Assembly (NCBI GenBank): GCA_012295275.1
Contig: CM022677.1
Coordinates: 15,996,001-16,060,000 of the forward strand
From: Chrysomallon squamiferum
Taxonomy: Eukaryota > Animalia > Mollusca
Direction: 5' to 3'
Length of the DNA: 64,000 bases
Shown here: piece by piece, positions 13,275 through 47,639 of the stretch
How the letters are laid out: each line of letters opens with the position of its first letter
How positions within the stretch are numbered: position 1 is the stretch's first letter
Position numbers and translations under genes: made by a program
The notes under the pieces: model-generated
What the model was told of the DNA's origin: nothing
Database searches by the model: none
What the model saw: the letters and a program-made list of their open reading frames with translations, nothing else

Positions 13275-15638
13275 AAGATTTACATAGACATACAAAGACA
13301 CAGAAAGAGAGAGAGAAAGAGAGAGAGATTTAACAAGATTTACATAGTCATACAAAGACAGACAGAGAAAAAGAGAAAGAAAAAGACAGAAAGAGAGAGA
13401 GAAAGAAAGAGAAAGAGAGAGAGAGAGATTTAACAAGATTTAGATAGCCATTTAAAGACAGACACAAAGAGAGAGAGAGAAAATATTTTGCAAGACACTT
13501 TGGAAGGGAGGGAAGGACAGAGAAAGAAAAGGACATCCTGAGATAGACACTGACCAACTGACCAACTGACCAACCAAGAGAGACGAGGAGAAAGAAAAAA
13601 ACTAATACATATGTACGTGGCATTGCCTGTACACATTTGTATAATTTGATATTTCAACTTTTCAATAGTGTAGACATGGTATATTGAAAAACATTTATAA
13701 TATTGCACAATAATTTCCCTACTGCGCTATTTAACTTGTCCAAGAATATAGAAATCTTCTGTTACTGGCAAAGAAGAGCCTTTGAAATACTTTTGAAAAA
13801 ATGTGCAGTGGAGGTCCTCTAACCGAGAAAGCAAGTTTTGCATAAAGAAAACAAACACACTGATTCTGACTATCTCACTCTCAGTAACGAATAATCTACA
13901 ACATAAAAGAGACTTCAAAAGTGGATCACACAAACATATACACACCCACCTGTGCATTTACATACATTATATACACACCCACACATATTACTTTTGATTT
14001 ATGTTGGATTTTAAACATTTTAATTTTGTTTCAGAAATTCTATGGGGACGGGGGGGTTTCGGTATTTTTGAATGTTTGTTTAGGTTGTTCTCTGTTGTTG
14101 TTGTTTTTGTTTTGGCTTTTTTTGGGGGTGGAGGTTTCTTACTGCTTTATTCTGTTTAATAAAAAGTGTGAAAATGGAATCCCTTGTAAACAGACTTGAA
14201 CAAGTTTTATTCGATATAAAAAAAACATGCTATATAAATATGGTATAATAATAATAATAATAATAATAAACAGATGAGGTCACAAAATAAATGGCTTCTC
14301 ACTTACCTCCCTTGGTCTCCGGATACAAATGGATAACAGCTTGTGACAAATGTTGGTCCTTCAGCAACCGGGTGAACAATACTGTCACTAGGGGGCGATC
14401 CCAAGCTTGGAATGCCAAAAGAACGTCCTGGAACAAATTCAGCTGCTGAGGCAGAAAGCGAAGATGATGGTTGCTGGAAAAACAAATAAAATTAAAACAG
14501 ATTATCTATCTATCTATATCTACCTATATCTGTATATGTATGTATGTATGTATGTATCTATCTATCTATCTTTCTTTCTATCTGTATAAATATACATACA
14601 CATACACATATACATACACACACATACATATACATACACATGCACATATGTATATGAAGAATATACAGAAATATAAATAGATAAATGAAATAAAACAAAA
14701 ATATAAATAGGTATATAAATAAATATGAAAGGAGAAACATAAATGAACAAATAAACAAACAAACAAATAAATAAATGGCACAATCAAACAAATTAGCATA
14801 AACAAATAAACAAACAAATGAAAAAAAATAAATAAATAAATAAATAAATAACAAACAAATAAAAATGATCACACAATTAAATATCTGTAATGCAAATAAT
14901 TATTTGCATAAATCCCAGAGATTTCTTTTGAAAGGGGCATGTACAGCTTCTAAAAGAGAGACTACCTGTACTGTAATATCATAAAACACATTATTTCTTT
15001 GGCAATCAATACTCTATGCATAGCACTGAATATCCACAACCTTCACAATGAATGTGGCTTTCTGCTTCTGTTAAACAATGCAGTCCAGGAACAATCTATG
15101 TCCACTGAGTCCTCTGTGCCAATATTTTCTGTGTGTTTGTTATTGTGCAAGTGTAAGTATATATACATATATGTAAACAAACTGGACACTGTAAAAACTG
15201 GACTTTGACTAATATAGGATTTCTGTGCAAACAGGCACCATTTTCAAAGACGTGTCCAGCTATTGTTGATCTGTTACGAACAAAAAACCAACAAACAAAA
15301 AAAAACACTTGTCTAATCTGGATGCTGTCTACTTTAGATTTTGGATGTAAATTCCAGAATACAAAAAGATCAAGTTGTGCAGTAATTAGTTTGTCAACAT
15401 CGGCAAACAATTTTTGCCAAGTACGATCACTTCTTACAACAATAGTGGCAATTTGCAATGTAATCAGACTTACTCACGTGATGAAATGATTGTGCTTTTT
15501 TGGAAGGTTTAATAAACAATGATGACATATTTCTTGTAACTACTAGATGCACCTACCTAACTGAACAAGGTTATTATTAGTGTACTGTGATATCTAAGTG
15601 AATTCACTCATTTAGATATAGAGTCAAAAGCAGAAGTC

Positions 15639-15691
<53 letters not shown>

Positions 15692-16619
15692 GGGGCACAT
15701 TTGCTATTTAGCATTGTTTTATTGAATTAGTCATATCGGCAAAGTGACCTCAAAACTGGTATAACATGCTGAACTTTCTAAAGCAAAATTAAAATAACAG
15801 ACAAAAGTCACTTCTTCCTGTAGACAGACATCAGGGCAAACTGAGGTTTTGTTTAGGCAGAAATGAGACGATATGACATAAACCAAGCCATAACTGTCAA
15901 AAACAAAAACAAAATTAAATATCTACATGTACACATCGATTTTCTGTTGCTAATAAAACAGGGGGCATTTAACATAATATTGCATACAGACTCATGCTAT
16001 AAGGGATCAAATTATTTAACAAAAGTTCCATTCTTATGTTTGTTACTTGCAGCCTGCTTTTCTCCAGACTGGGACCTCTACCTATGTTGGTTTGTTGAGT
16101 GCTATTGTCACTGTACATGTAATTCTGTACAGTCAGTTATCATGTCCATCTAAGTCAAGTTTGAAAAAAAAACTGTGTTAACTGTCAACCTCAGACTACA
16201 GCAGTGAAACACTGCACTGTTGCAACTATTCATACAGCTGGTCACATGATTTATCAATAAACAATCTCATGTCATCATTGGACAAAATGGTGGCAAAATG
16301 TACTGATTCTTTCAACTTCCCAAGTGACATTTAAATACTACTACTACTACCACTACTACAAAAACAACAACAACAACTACCACTACTACAAAAACAACAA
16401 CAACAACAACTACTACTACTACTACTACAAATAAAACTACTACAACAACTACAACTACAACAACTACAACAACTACTACTACTACTACTACTACTACTCT
16501 ACTACTACTACTAAAACTACTACAACAACAACAACTACTACTACAACCACTATTACTACTACAACAACTACTACTACTACTACAACTACTGTAAATACTA
16601 CTACTACTACTACTACTAT

Positions 16620-16657
<38 letters not shown>

Positions 16658-18100
16658 ATGAAACCTGGCTATGCAATTTAAAATATGAAGACAGTCAGTA
16701 TTTTAAAACTTAGTGACCATAACCAGCAATTGTACAAAACCAACATTTCAGCAAAGAATAACAACACGCAGAATCAAAAACCTGAACAGACTATCAGTCA
16801 CCAAACTTTTGTACACTGACATTCTCGAAATGACAAAACAAATTAAACCTTTTGCTGCAAGTAGCAAAAGCTATCTTTTGCAATCAGTATTAAACATGGA
16901 GTCTGTGAAAAGAGGAAACTGCTATGGAAAGAAATATGGGGTAAAAAAACCAACAACAACAACAACACAGTCATCAGACAGACTACTTCTCACCTGACAC
17001 TTGACAGACGTTAAGTTTGTAACATTCATAATAATCATTTTTTTGTTATTTAATCTTTACAAACAGGAGTCTGTCTGAAACAGCACTTCTTGTTGATCGA
17101 AAGCGAATCTGATTTTGTAATCCATTTGTAACAGAAAGCCCCTATATATATACTGTCACAGGGTCCACACCATCAAATATCTTGGATGTTTTATTAAGGC
17201 TCAGTCTAGGGTAACAAGGTGCTTTAATGGCCACCTAACAAGGAAACTAAATGCTAAATTGACAGCAATCTATAAAAATCAATAATTCAATCTTTCCACA
17301 AGAGAAATAAACACAACACCAGTTAAGGTACAAAGTAATTATTTAATTATGATTATGAAGGTGACTTGATAATAATACATTATACAACTGATTAAAACAT
17401 ATATTTAAATACCTTTGTCTAATGATAACGAGTAAGGTCATATAGGGGAACGAAGATAAAATATGAAGTTGTATGGAGGACAGATTAAACAATTAAAATG
17501 TTATTGACACAGGTCAGTTTCAAATTACAACCTATCAAAATAAGAACAGATAATGGCTTATCATACTCGTCTGTAGAAGCAAAGTCATTCAAAAACACTG
17601 GTTCCCCACTTGACTGAGCTTTCGTGTAAGCCTTTTCCTATTGTTTCTTTAATTTCCAAATGCCCACTCTTTTAAAACAACCCCAAGAAGTTGAAAACTT
17701 GGTGGCAACAATAAAATTATAGAAAGATAAATTCATTATGCAATTTGAATTCCATGACACAAAAATAAAACATGCAGACATCATTGAAAGATAAATTTGT
17801 TGCGCAATCTGAATTCCATGACACAAAAATAAACAGGCGGATGTGACAAAAAGATAAATTTAAGATAAATGTTACTCAGTCTGAATATATATACACACAC
17901 AAACATACACATGAATATAGACAGAAATAAATTACGAGTATTATAAGACAAAACGAAATTAAAATAATCACGTTTCGCAAAAATATTATTAGTTTAACAT
18001 AACATGAAATAATAATAATAATAATATTAATAATCATAATGACAGCAACTGCAGCAGTAACAATAAAGTGAATATTTTTTAAAAATAAAAGTCATGGATG

Positions 18101-18131
<31 letters not shown>

Positions 18132-18398
18132 TAAAAACCAAGTATAAACGAAGAACAGACAGACAGACAAACAAAACCAGAGACTGCATGCTTCACCGAA
18201 CAAGATCAATGCAAGCCTGGTCACCAATTAGGCTCAAATTTTTCAAGTTGTTTGACTCGAGCATTCTTCTCAACAAGGAAGTACTCGGTTTACATGAACA
18301 TATAAAAACATTACAAGGAGGAAGACTTTTTCTCCTGATCAAACAACAAATATCAGTTAATGTTGTAAGTGAACAAAGATGCAGCCTTTAGATTGTGT

Positions 18399-18437
<39 letters not shown>

Positions 18438-20483
18438 TGTGTGTGGTGTACTGTATATATATATATATATATATACATGTACATACAAACATACATATGA
18501 ATATAGACATGTATATATGTATGTATGTAATTATTATATAAAAATATATTTAAAAGAAACTGTATTTTAAATCAGTATTAGTAATGATAAGAGGAATAAA
18601 AAATTATATATAGCCATAAACATTGATATACAAACAAAGACACACACACACACAAACACACACACCCACTAATACAAACATAAACACATTCACAAACTGA
18701 TTTATATTCAGATGACACACACTCACACGTAAAAATCCAAAAACAGGAAGGCAAAACAATAGGACAACCACTCTGATCAATTGACAGTTTGTAGGTCACA
18801 CCCTTATTTAGTTTGTTAATTGTCTGTCTGAATTTTTTTTACATCATATCAAAATCTTCAAAATCCAGTGGCTGTGATTATAAACAAGTATTTTGTAGAA
18901 GAGAATGATGAGGATGTGGATGATAAATTTTAAAAACAGAATAATTAAATTTGATTTCAGTTTTATCATAAAGATTACAAATTAACGCTACTGTTTTAGT
19001 CACCATTCAAAAGAGCATATAATCATCCAATTTCCCAAAATGAATAATATATACATATATGAAGTAGTATTAAAAATATTGAGACATATACACGAGTAAT
19101 CCTATATTTTGAACGCTGATCAGAATCAATTTTGTATAAAATAAAATGTGTTTACTTTTTTAGAAAACCTCATTACTAATGTTACTGTTAATTTTAACAT
19201 TAATCGTAATAAAAATGAAAAACATAAAACATTTCACACTTCTAACAGAGATTAAACTGATTTATTAGCATTGAAAGTACTAGTAGTGGCATATTTTACT
19301 GCTGTAAATGAATGAATAAATTAGTGTTTTATGACACCACAGCACACAAAAAGTAGACACAACCATTTTATTGTAACAGATCAAAATTAGGATGATAATT
19401 CTAATTATCTTTCCTCTCCTCTATTTTTTTAATCACAAGTATCATATCTAACCTACTTTACTACTAAAGTACAGGTGAGAATCTTTTATTCAAAATGAGT
19501 GAGACTGGAAGTGTTGCATTTTTCTGAGATTTCTGCATTTTAGAATACAAGGAAATAGCACGAGAATAGAATTTAAGTTTAAATTCAGATACCATTTACC
19601 TTTTACATATAGCTTACAAAAAAGGTATGCGCGATTTTTTTATATAATATTTTTATTAATTCTGTACATAAAATAAAGTAAAATAATTTTAAAGATACAA
19701 GATTTATCTATTTCTGCTGCTAAAAAAATGTTTCTGGTTTGGAAGTATTTTGTATTTCAAAATCTTGGATATGGAATCCTCAACCTGTACATATACAGTC
19801 TGGTTGTTATGGAGTTTCAACCAGTTTAATTTATTAAATATTGGTTAAAATTATCTTGATCTAAATAATGACAAAATACACAATGCTAAACTCTGCTTCA
19901 TTTAAACAACAACAACAACAACAACAACAGTAGTAATGTATTGATGTATGATGTGCTACTCTAATTGTAAACATGAGTAGCATTTTCTAAAAATAATATC
20001 ACCTAAAATACCTAAATGATTGATTAGTTAGTCCAATTTTGTACATTTCATTGAACTGAATTTCTGAATAATAAAACTCAAATTTAGTAAGTATGGGTTT
20101 TGAATTAAAAATCAATACAACATAGTTTTTTTCATGTCATGTGGCCAACACACGTTTCTGAAAAGGAAAATAAGCTTGCCACCATAATCAAGTAGTATAC
20201 AAAATAGTAATACGAATACTACTAACAGGACTGTTGACAAAATTACTATAGCGTTTGAAGCAGATATCCTTAGCATACATATATATGTCCACCAACGACA
20301 TGAAACAGATACGGTTTTGTAAACAAGCACACAAATAACATATACCCTTTGAACCCCGCCCCTAACGAATGCAGTTCGGACAAGCGGCGACGAACTTTTC
20401 GTCCGTTTGCCGAAATGCAGCCACGTAAAAAGGTGTTAGTTTGTGGATAAACGTCTTACCTGGCATTGTGGCGTATCTGCCAT
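7537..20483 (-). CDS. SECISBP2L: SECIS-binding protein 2-like (SBP2L) gene, 5' six coding exons (N-terminal region only; one frame break in exon 6)
   Basis: Exons 20483-20460, 14473-14307, 13147-13095, 11759-11449, 10510-10381 and 8292-7537 join through GT-AG introns with compatible phases (0,2,1,0,1). Translation gives LSASAAEFVP, TSCYPFV, IILKDVSAQTDFP, DSDSGYSSP and LYFEDEEEF in the same order as motifs recalled from vertebrate SECISBP2L (LSAEVEPFIP, ITCYPFV, DASQQTDFP, DSDSGYCSP, LYFEDEDGF). Confidence 0.9.
9220..9720. repeat. Minisatellite, ~38-39 bp unit (ATGTAGAATATATTTATACAACTTCT...)
   Basis: About a dozen diverged tandem copies in SBP2L intron 5. Confidence 0.85.
9945..10365. repeat. 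Minisatellite, ~43 bp unit (GAATATATTTAGACAATTTCTCTGTAAAATTGCAGGTGCATTTT)
   Basis: About 10 tandem copies abutting the exon 5 donor of SBP2L. Confidence 0.88.
10381..10510 (-). CDS. SECISBP2L: SBP2L exon 5 (RHVNEDY...IILKDVSAQT)
   Basis: TTTCAG acceptor, G|GTATGC donor. Splicing to exon 6 creates QTDFP. Confidence 0.88.
11449..11759 (-). CDS. SECISBP2L: SBP2L exon 4 (Pro/Gly-rich, RGRG)
   Basis: TTTCTAG acceptor, CAG|GTTAGT donor, 311 nt open frame, phase 1 to phase 0. Confidence 0.85.
13095..13147 (-). CDS. SECISBP2L: SBP2L exon 3 (RGGLWWHNRGRGASRPFS)
   Basis: TTTCAG acceptor, CAG|GTAAAT donor, 53 nt bridging phase 2 to phase 1 exactly. Confidence 0.8.
14307..14473 (-). CDS. SECISBP2L: SBP2L exon 2 (QPSSSLSASAAEFVP...TSCYPFVSGDQG)
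   Basis: TTTTTCCAG acceptor, AG|GTAAGT donor, contains the LSA-EFVP and CYPFV motifs. Confidence 0.9.
20460..20483 (-). CDS. SECISBP2L: SBP2L exon 1 coding part (MADTPQCQ)
   Basis: ATAATGG start context, 8 codons, then CAG|GTAAGA donor. Phase 0 matches exon 2. Lies in a CpG-enriched patch. Confidence 0.75.
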
Positions 20484-20625
20484 TATACTCCTACAACAAC
20501 GCTATTTTACAAAACCACTTTTATAAGTTAGAAACATGTCTATAGCCATTAAAATATGAAACAAAATTATGCAAGATCAATCCAATGCCCAAACCGGAAA
20601 CATCGCGCAGTCACGTGATCCTAAC
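20484..20625 (-). promoter_or_regulatory. Probable SBP2L proximal promoter / 5' leader
   Basis: CpG-enriched patch just upstream of the ATG, with ETS-like CCGGAAA (20594-20600) and E-box GTCACGTGAT (20610-20619). Confidence 0.5.
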
Positions 20626-21343
20626 CTGTACTATTTGGTTGATTTGCATTTGTTGCTAAACAAACATGTTTATTAAATTTTGCTTTTAGTATTTAAATTA
20701 AAATGCATATAATTTATATTGTATATTTTAAAAATAATAAAATAAATTATACTTAATGCATTTGGAATTTGTTTTGTCAGCTGCAATAGCTCTGTTGAAA
20801 GAATAGATTTCTAGATAATCGTGTCAAGATAAAACACGAAACACGTATAACCATTTATTTTGATTATCACTATAGACGCAATAATAAACATTACTAGCCA
20901 GTTTCGAAGATCAATAGAAGTTTCAACAGCAAAACATATACCAAAAGATCTTATTTGTGCGACCTTAGGTGCAGGTTACACATACCTAGCTCGGTTCGGT
21001 GGAGGTCGGACAAATAACATTGAATAATGACATAATTATTTACCATGAAGCTTGCTCAGGCAGAACGTTGAAAACACCCACACACACACACACACGCACA
21101 CACACACACACACACGCACGCGCACATATAAACTACCATAAAATATAAATTAATCATTAATTAATTAATCAAATTAAAAAAAAAAGGTGGTTTTATTTCT
21201 TTATTTATTTATTTATATATTTATTTATTAAACCTATCTTATTTGGGCTTAACAATGACTGCTTATGTAAAAACTCAGAAAAAAAAATTAAACCCAATTA
21301 AAAAAATTAATAATAATAATAAAACAAAATAAATAAAATAAAA

Positions 21344-21445
<102 letters not shown>

Positions 21446-22110
21446 TTAATGTTCAATACTGTGATGGTTATATCTGGGATTTAAACCCGTCAATGAGTTA
21501 TTTGCACATCGTGATTTTGAAAAGTCACGTGACACATTTCCATGACGTAGTGCGGTTAATAGTTATACTTGTGCAGGAAAGATAACCGCATAATAATTGG
21601 AGAGTTCACGATTCTCGATTGTCGCACATGGGTTTTAAGACAATACGAACAAGCGTTAAAGATTGCTTGCAGTAATTTTATTGGTAACATGGAAATCCAG
21701 TGATATTTTTTCTGTCGAGCTAGCCTCTTAATCTGACCCTTTTCGACCCTGACTGAATTTCTGGATTGCCATAACCACCAGACTAACTCTAACACGTATA
21801 TTTTAAAACGAATTAAATTCATCTGTCATGTCACAATGTAAACACGGAACAATTTATTTTTTAAATTATTTTTAAATATATTGAAATTTTGTGTATTATA
21901 TTCACAAGCCCTGCTAATTTAGTTCATTTTGAAATCCATTTTTTTGCTTCATTAAAGCTAAACAATTAGTAATTCTAGCGTTTTCAGAAAATCAGATAAA
22001 ATCGGCGTGATCCTTGTTTTATTTATTTATTTATTTTTATAATTTTTTTTTTTTTATTATTTTTATTATATTATTTATTATTATTATTACTACTATTATT
22101 ATATATATAT

Positions 22111-22182
22111 TATTATTATTATTATTATTACTACTATTATTATATATATATAATAATAGTAGTAATAATAATAATAATAATA
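22111..22182. repeat. Perfect 72-bp AT-rich palindrome
   Basis: Base-by-base self-complementary around centre 22146/22147. Confidence 0.85.
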
Positions 22183-24984
22183 TAATAAAATAATAATTAA
22201 AAAAAATATATATATATTTGTGGTTCGTATCCTACAAGGACTCAAAAGCTATTTTATATATATATACTTGTTTAACTGAAATAAAATTTCGCAATTTCGA
22301 AATATTTTCTTACTTTAACTTCTTTTGATAAACTACTTCTTTCATTCGAAAATAACTATGGAGAGCATTCTTTAATAGCTAAACAGACCCAGATTTTTAA
22401 ATCTTTAAACATAATATAAAACTATTATATTCTCAGATTACAGTCTTTCCCAATCTTTGCTACACCCTCTGGGTTTGTGCATCCTGAATCCTGGATTATT
22501 ATTAGCATTTTAAACTTCATGAAACCTTAGTCGATCATTGAAATGTATGAATCATCACTGAATCCTAAATTTGATCAACTTCCTGAATTGACTGACTGAC
22601 TGACTGATAGACCGACCGATAGATTAACAGACTACTGATCAGTTGGTGGTTTGGTCGATTTGCTGATTTGCTGATTGTTTGAGTCGACTGATTGACTGAG
22701 AGATATAGAAATAATGTGACTATGCATTACTTACCAGACTACAAGTTAGTGCAAATCGCTTAATCTATTTTCGTAATGTGAGCTAAGGTAATATCACGGA
22801 TGCGTCACGGTTCATTAATTATTACGGCTGACCTAGTTAATTTATTAGTGTCTTTATCCCAGCTATGATGGCGGTTTTTTTCTTCTCAAAATAACTTGTT
22901 CATCGGTATCGTGTCATACGTTGATGTGATTTTTCGAAGACTTATTTTGTTATTTTTGTTACCGCTGCATTTGCTGTTGTTGTTGCTACTACCATTACTA
23001 TCACTAGCTATACCACCACCACCACCACTACTGCTGCTTGTAGGATTATTTATTACTACTACATTCAGTATTACTTAAACAAGGAAGCTTAACAACAAAA
23101 CACACAGTTAAAACCTATATGGGTGCCGCCATTTTCCCCCTGTAGTTGTGACGTCATCAAATTCAGCACATGGAGTTAACTGAATCACATATATAGTTTG
23201 TTTTCTTTGAACGCTATTACTATCATACGTTTAAATTTAGCATTTTTCTACACAATGTCCATTAGTTATCTAAATGGTTGCAAAATAATACTGATATATT
23301 CCAAATTATATTCTGAATACACAGGGTCTACTTGCAAGATTGTAAACTCTTTATACGCTGCCTAATAGCAACTTTTGCTATATTGGTTGATTACTGTTCT
23401 GTAGAAAAAGAAACATCGAAACTTCAATCAAACGTTCTTAAATAAAATAAAAAAATCAAAAAAAAAATCGTAAAGGTCTAGAGTTGTATCACTGGATGGG
23501 GGAATAATAATTAAAAACAAAATAAATAAATAAATAATAATTAAAAAAATGAAAAATAAACAAACTGAAACATAAATAAACAAACAAACAAACAAATAAA
23601 CAAACAATTAAATAAATAAATAAATAAATACTCAGTAAAGGTTTCTTTTTCTTCTTCTTCTCAATATTCAAATTTTTACATACCTGAGTTTGAGGCATTC
23701 GATCTCCCAAAGAAAAAAAAACAACAACAAAAGACTGGCAGTATCATTACAATAGTAGTTATAAAATAAAAACGGTGAGAATTAACAAAACATGTTCTGC
23801 TGAATCGAAGGATATCAGTTACGTATTATGTTGTTAATAAAACAAAATAAATACAAATAAAAAAAAATAAATCGATAATTAAATAATAATGCAGATCAGG
23901 TATCGTTAAACATTTATTAATTGCATAATAAAAAGAATTACAATTAAAACAAATCAGTGCATTATTGATTGTATTTCTTTTTCATTTTTTTTTTTTTTTT
24001 TTTTGTTTTGTTTTGTTTTGTTTTTCGCCACGATTCGGTAACATAATATAAAAATGTTTAGGTTAGAAATAATCTACATATACAAAAATCACAGTAATAA
24101 TTACAAAATATTGTTGTAAATTAATTTAATTTAATTTTATTTTATTTTTAAATTATTTTTATTATTATTATTATCAATTTTTTTATTTTTTTTTTATTTA
24201 TCAATAGTAATTAAATTGTTATGAAACGTTTTGTATTCCCGATATCGCTCACTAAAACAGATACATTACGAAAAAATTGTCGAAAGTTTGATTGCAGTTT
24301 TTATATTTTTTTCATTCTTTCTTTCTTTTTTCTTTATTATTATTATTATTATTATTATTGTTGTTGTTGTTGTCGTTGTTGTTGTTGTTTATTTATTTTT
24401 GTTGTTGTTATTATTATTATTATTATTACTGTTACTATTGCTAATTAATTAACTAAAGAAATACATAGACTCGTTCTCTATATCCAAAAATTCTGATAAA
24501 TAATTAACGTAATATCATAGCAATGGGTTGTAGGAGTTAGTGAGGATTAATCCTTCCGAGGGCTCCCATTAGACGATTTACCGTTACAACTCCTGGCACA
24601 TCACTATTTAATTAAATACTTTAGTATCGTTAGTATATAATTTCATTGTGGGGAAAGTGTATTTTAAAAAATCCTTTTTTTTTTTTTTTTTTATCAAATA
24701 ATAGCCCACGGCTTCATGAGGATAGCAAGAAACGAATAATATCGTAATTAAAGAAAAGGTATTGCTTGACACCTAGTAATCAGCAACATTAAGATTTCTT
24801 GAACTGTTGCAAAATTAACATTCATACAGTTTATAACTACTAGATATATGTTATTTCATTCAGTGAAATATTCGTAAAATAAACTGTTGCTTGAGATAAC
24901 AATCTTACAAAATTCAATTATAGATTAGAGTTATCTCCTTCGTACAGTAAATCGTCACTTGAGGGCGCATTCTTGATTTTCAAG

Positions 24985-44353
<19,369 letters not shown>

Positions 44354-46934
44354 GAAAAATCATTTTTTTACAAGAATTTGTTTCAACTAAATATATTCAC
44401 AGCAGAGAGTATGTGTGAAAGTTCCATCCAACAACATTATCATTTTATTTTGTTTATTTTTGTCTAATTTTCTTTGTGATAATCACACCATTGCATGAAT
44501 ACAACATGTGTAATTTCAAGAGTGTGTTTTGGTTGTTGATGAACAATCTTTACTAACAATAAAGTCTAACCAGTGGTGTCACAAACGAACAGCATGGAAT
44601 CGGTTTATTTTATAGGTCGAAGCTGTGTTTTAATTTTTTTTTTTTTTTTTTTTTTTTTCTGATTACCATACTTTACTAATAATAGTTTCAGACTGGGTAT
44701 ATACAGTAAAAAGCTTTTTTTTTTAAATGTTATTAAGTGGTTGCATTTCGTTTCCTAATAATAAAGTTTAAATTAAAGGTACATGTGGTCAGGCAGAGAA
44801 GCATATTGTATATGGTTTGCATAGATTCAAGCAGATTTTAATGATTTTCAGTGGATACCATCCTTTCCAAATAATAAAGTAAATTATCGTTACATACACA
44901 GAAACATAAAAAAAAAAAAAAAAAGAAAAACAAATGTGTCTTTTATCATTAAGAAAGATTTTGATAATAAAACAAAAATATAAATAACGTCACTATATAC
45001 ATATATATATATCTATCTATATATAATGTATATATAATTAGTTTTAATTCAGTATGTTAATGTCTGTTTCTTACGCAAATCATGTATACTGAAAGAATAC
45101 AAGATGTCTGCCATAACTTCTGTTGATGTGTATTTGGGATGTTAAATTAGATAAAAAAGTGACCATATCATATGTTTGTCTGAACAATGCAAAAATAATC
45201 ATTAAATATGATAATATTATTGGAAATGAAAATAATATATTTATTTAGTCCATACATGTAATGGCATTAAATAAACAAAACCCACTTTGAAAAATACACA
45301 GATAACCAGAAAGCACAAGGAACATAAGTATGTGTCTATATATATATATATATAATAATGTTTTCATTTATGCCATGCTGTTTGTACTACCAATGAGTAG
45401 GTTTGGTATAAGCAAACATAATCCCATAATCCCAAATAAAATATTTTTTTTAAATTGTATAAAATGTACTGGATCAAGATGTCTATAATTTCATGTGTAT
45501 GCTCTGAAATTTGGAAATATTTTGATAGAGGAATTTTCTAAGATATTTTATTTATTTTATTTTTATAATATTTGATGGAATAAGATGTGGATTTTTTTAT
45601 TTATTTTTTTTTTTATTTTATTTTTTTTTTTTTTTTAGGAGATGTATATTTTTGCTAGTTGCATTTATTTAGACAGAAAATGAAAGATTTTCATAGGATG
45701 AATATCTGTTCTTGTTTTTTTCTGAAACAGGAAAAACAAAGAGTTTTGTTCAAAACCTTACATGTTTCTTATTATGAAAGAATGATAAAAGTAGAGTTTA
45801 TACAGAAAAAAAAAAAAAAAAAAAAACAACCAAAAATTTCAACACAATTCAACTGATCACAATCAAATCTTTTTTAAAGTTCATGGCATGGTAAATAATT
45901 CATGTTTGTTTATTTTAATTTTTTGTTTAATTTTAACTTTTTTTTTTTTTTTTTTAATGTTTTAAAAAAGATCATAAATAATAAAATGTTCAGCTGAATT
46001 TCATTCATTTGATGATAATTTAATCACTTATATATAAAATTAAATTATATATATATATATGTATGTATGTATATATGTATACTGTAAACTGAAATATAGA
46101 GTGACTAGGCAAACATTACAGACTTCTTCTAACAGTAGAATATTAAAGTTAACGTCTTAATTACTGAAATATCTAATGTCAAGTGTAACAGAAGTAGATG
46201 AAACCCAGACATTATACAGACCAACTAAAACAAGATTAAAACAAGATATTAAAAAATGTTCTGCTAAAATTGATTTTGTCTATGGAAGTATCACTGTGTA
46301 TGTGTGTGTATAAATATATATATATATATATATATACACAAATGCACATGCAGGTTAAATTCATTACATATTCTAACAAAGACAATGTCCATTAAAAAGA
46401 AAAGAAAAATTGTATTTTTTTGCCATGCCATAGAATAAACTATAGTATGAAGAATCATACTGTGTGATATGTATATTCATTGTTTTAAACTGAGATAGTT
46501 TTTTTTTTTTTTTTTTTTTTTTACATTTTCTGTGACACAAGTCATGACACAAATTAATAGTGACGTGCTCAGAAAAGAAAGAAAAATATATATATATTTA
46601 TGTGTATATAAAATTATTTTTCATTCAATATGTTACAAATTAATCATGTATACTTGAATGATTCAAGATGTTCTGAAATCATTTTCATTGTTGTGTATTT
46701 GGCTCTTAAATCGCATACACTTGAATGATACAAGATGGCCGCCAAAAAATGTCATTCATATGTATTTTTAGCTTGAATTATGTTACCATGATGTTTATGT
46801 CTTTTATTTGAATAGTGAGACTGAAAGTGTTAAAATATGTCATTCTGTTTAATGTTTTGGTTAACTTGTGAAAGGTTTAACCATTTTTGGTGTTGTGGTC
46901 TTTTTATATTTTTATTTAATTTTGCTTTTTCAAA

Positions 46935-46971
<37 letters not shown>

Positions 46972-47036
46972 TTATTATTAAAAAAACACCTAAAAAAACT
47001 ATTTTCATTATTTTTATTATTATTATTTTATTTATT

Positions 47037-47099
<63 letters not shown>

Positions 47100-47104
47100 T
47101 ATTC

Positions 47105-47148
<44 letters not shown>

Positions 47149-47603
47149 TGTAATAGTATTGCATTATTAAATGGCATGTTTAATCAAAATTACTTAATAT
47201 ATGAAATCAGTTACTATTTATTAGTATTTTCTTCTTCCTTTTTTAGAAATAATATTGCTATTTATACTCCATTGCTTGTTTCTTTTTCTTCATGATCAGT
47301 ACTTGAAGAGTTAATTCTGATTCATATGCAGTTATGTGTCATTTCTTTTTTAAATATATTCTTTGTTTTTGTTTTTATATATATATATATATATATTGGT
47401 TTGTATATAACATCTCAAACTGATAAATTGTTTCTACCAAACAAAGAAAACAACTTTATTGTTTAAGCTTTGAAAATCACTGCCTGAATTTTTGTTAATG
47501 TTTTTTAATATTTTTACTATATTATTTTCCCCATAACAAAATATTGTGATGAAAATTGAAAAAAAAAAAAGAAAAACAACAACCAAAATTATAAAAGGGG
47601 TTT

Positions 47604-47639
<36 letters not shown>

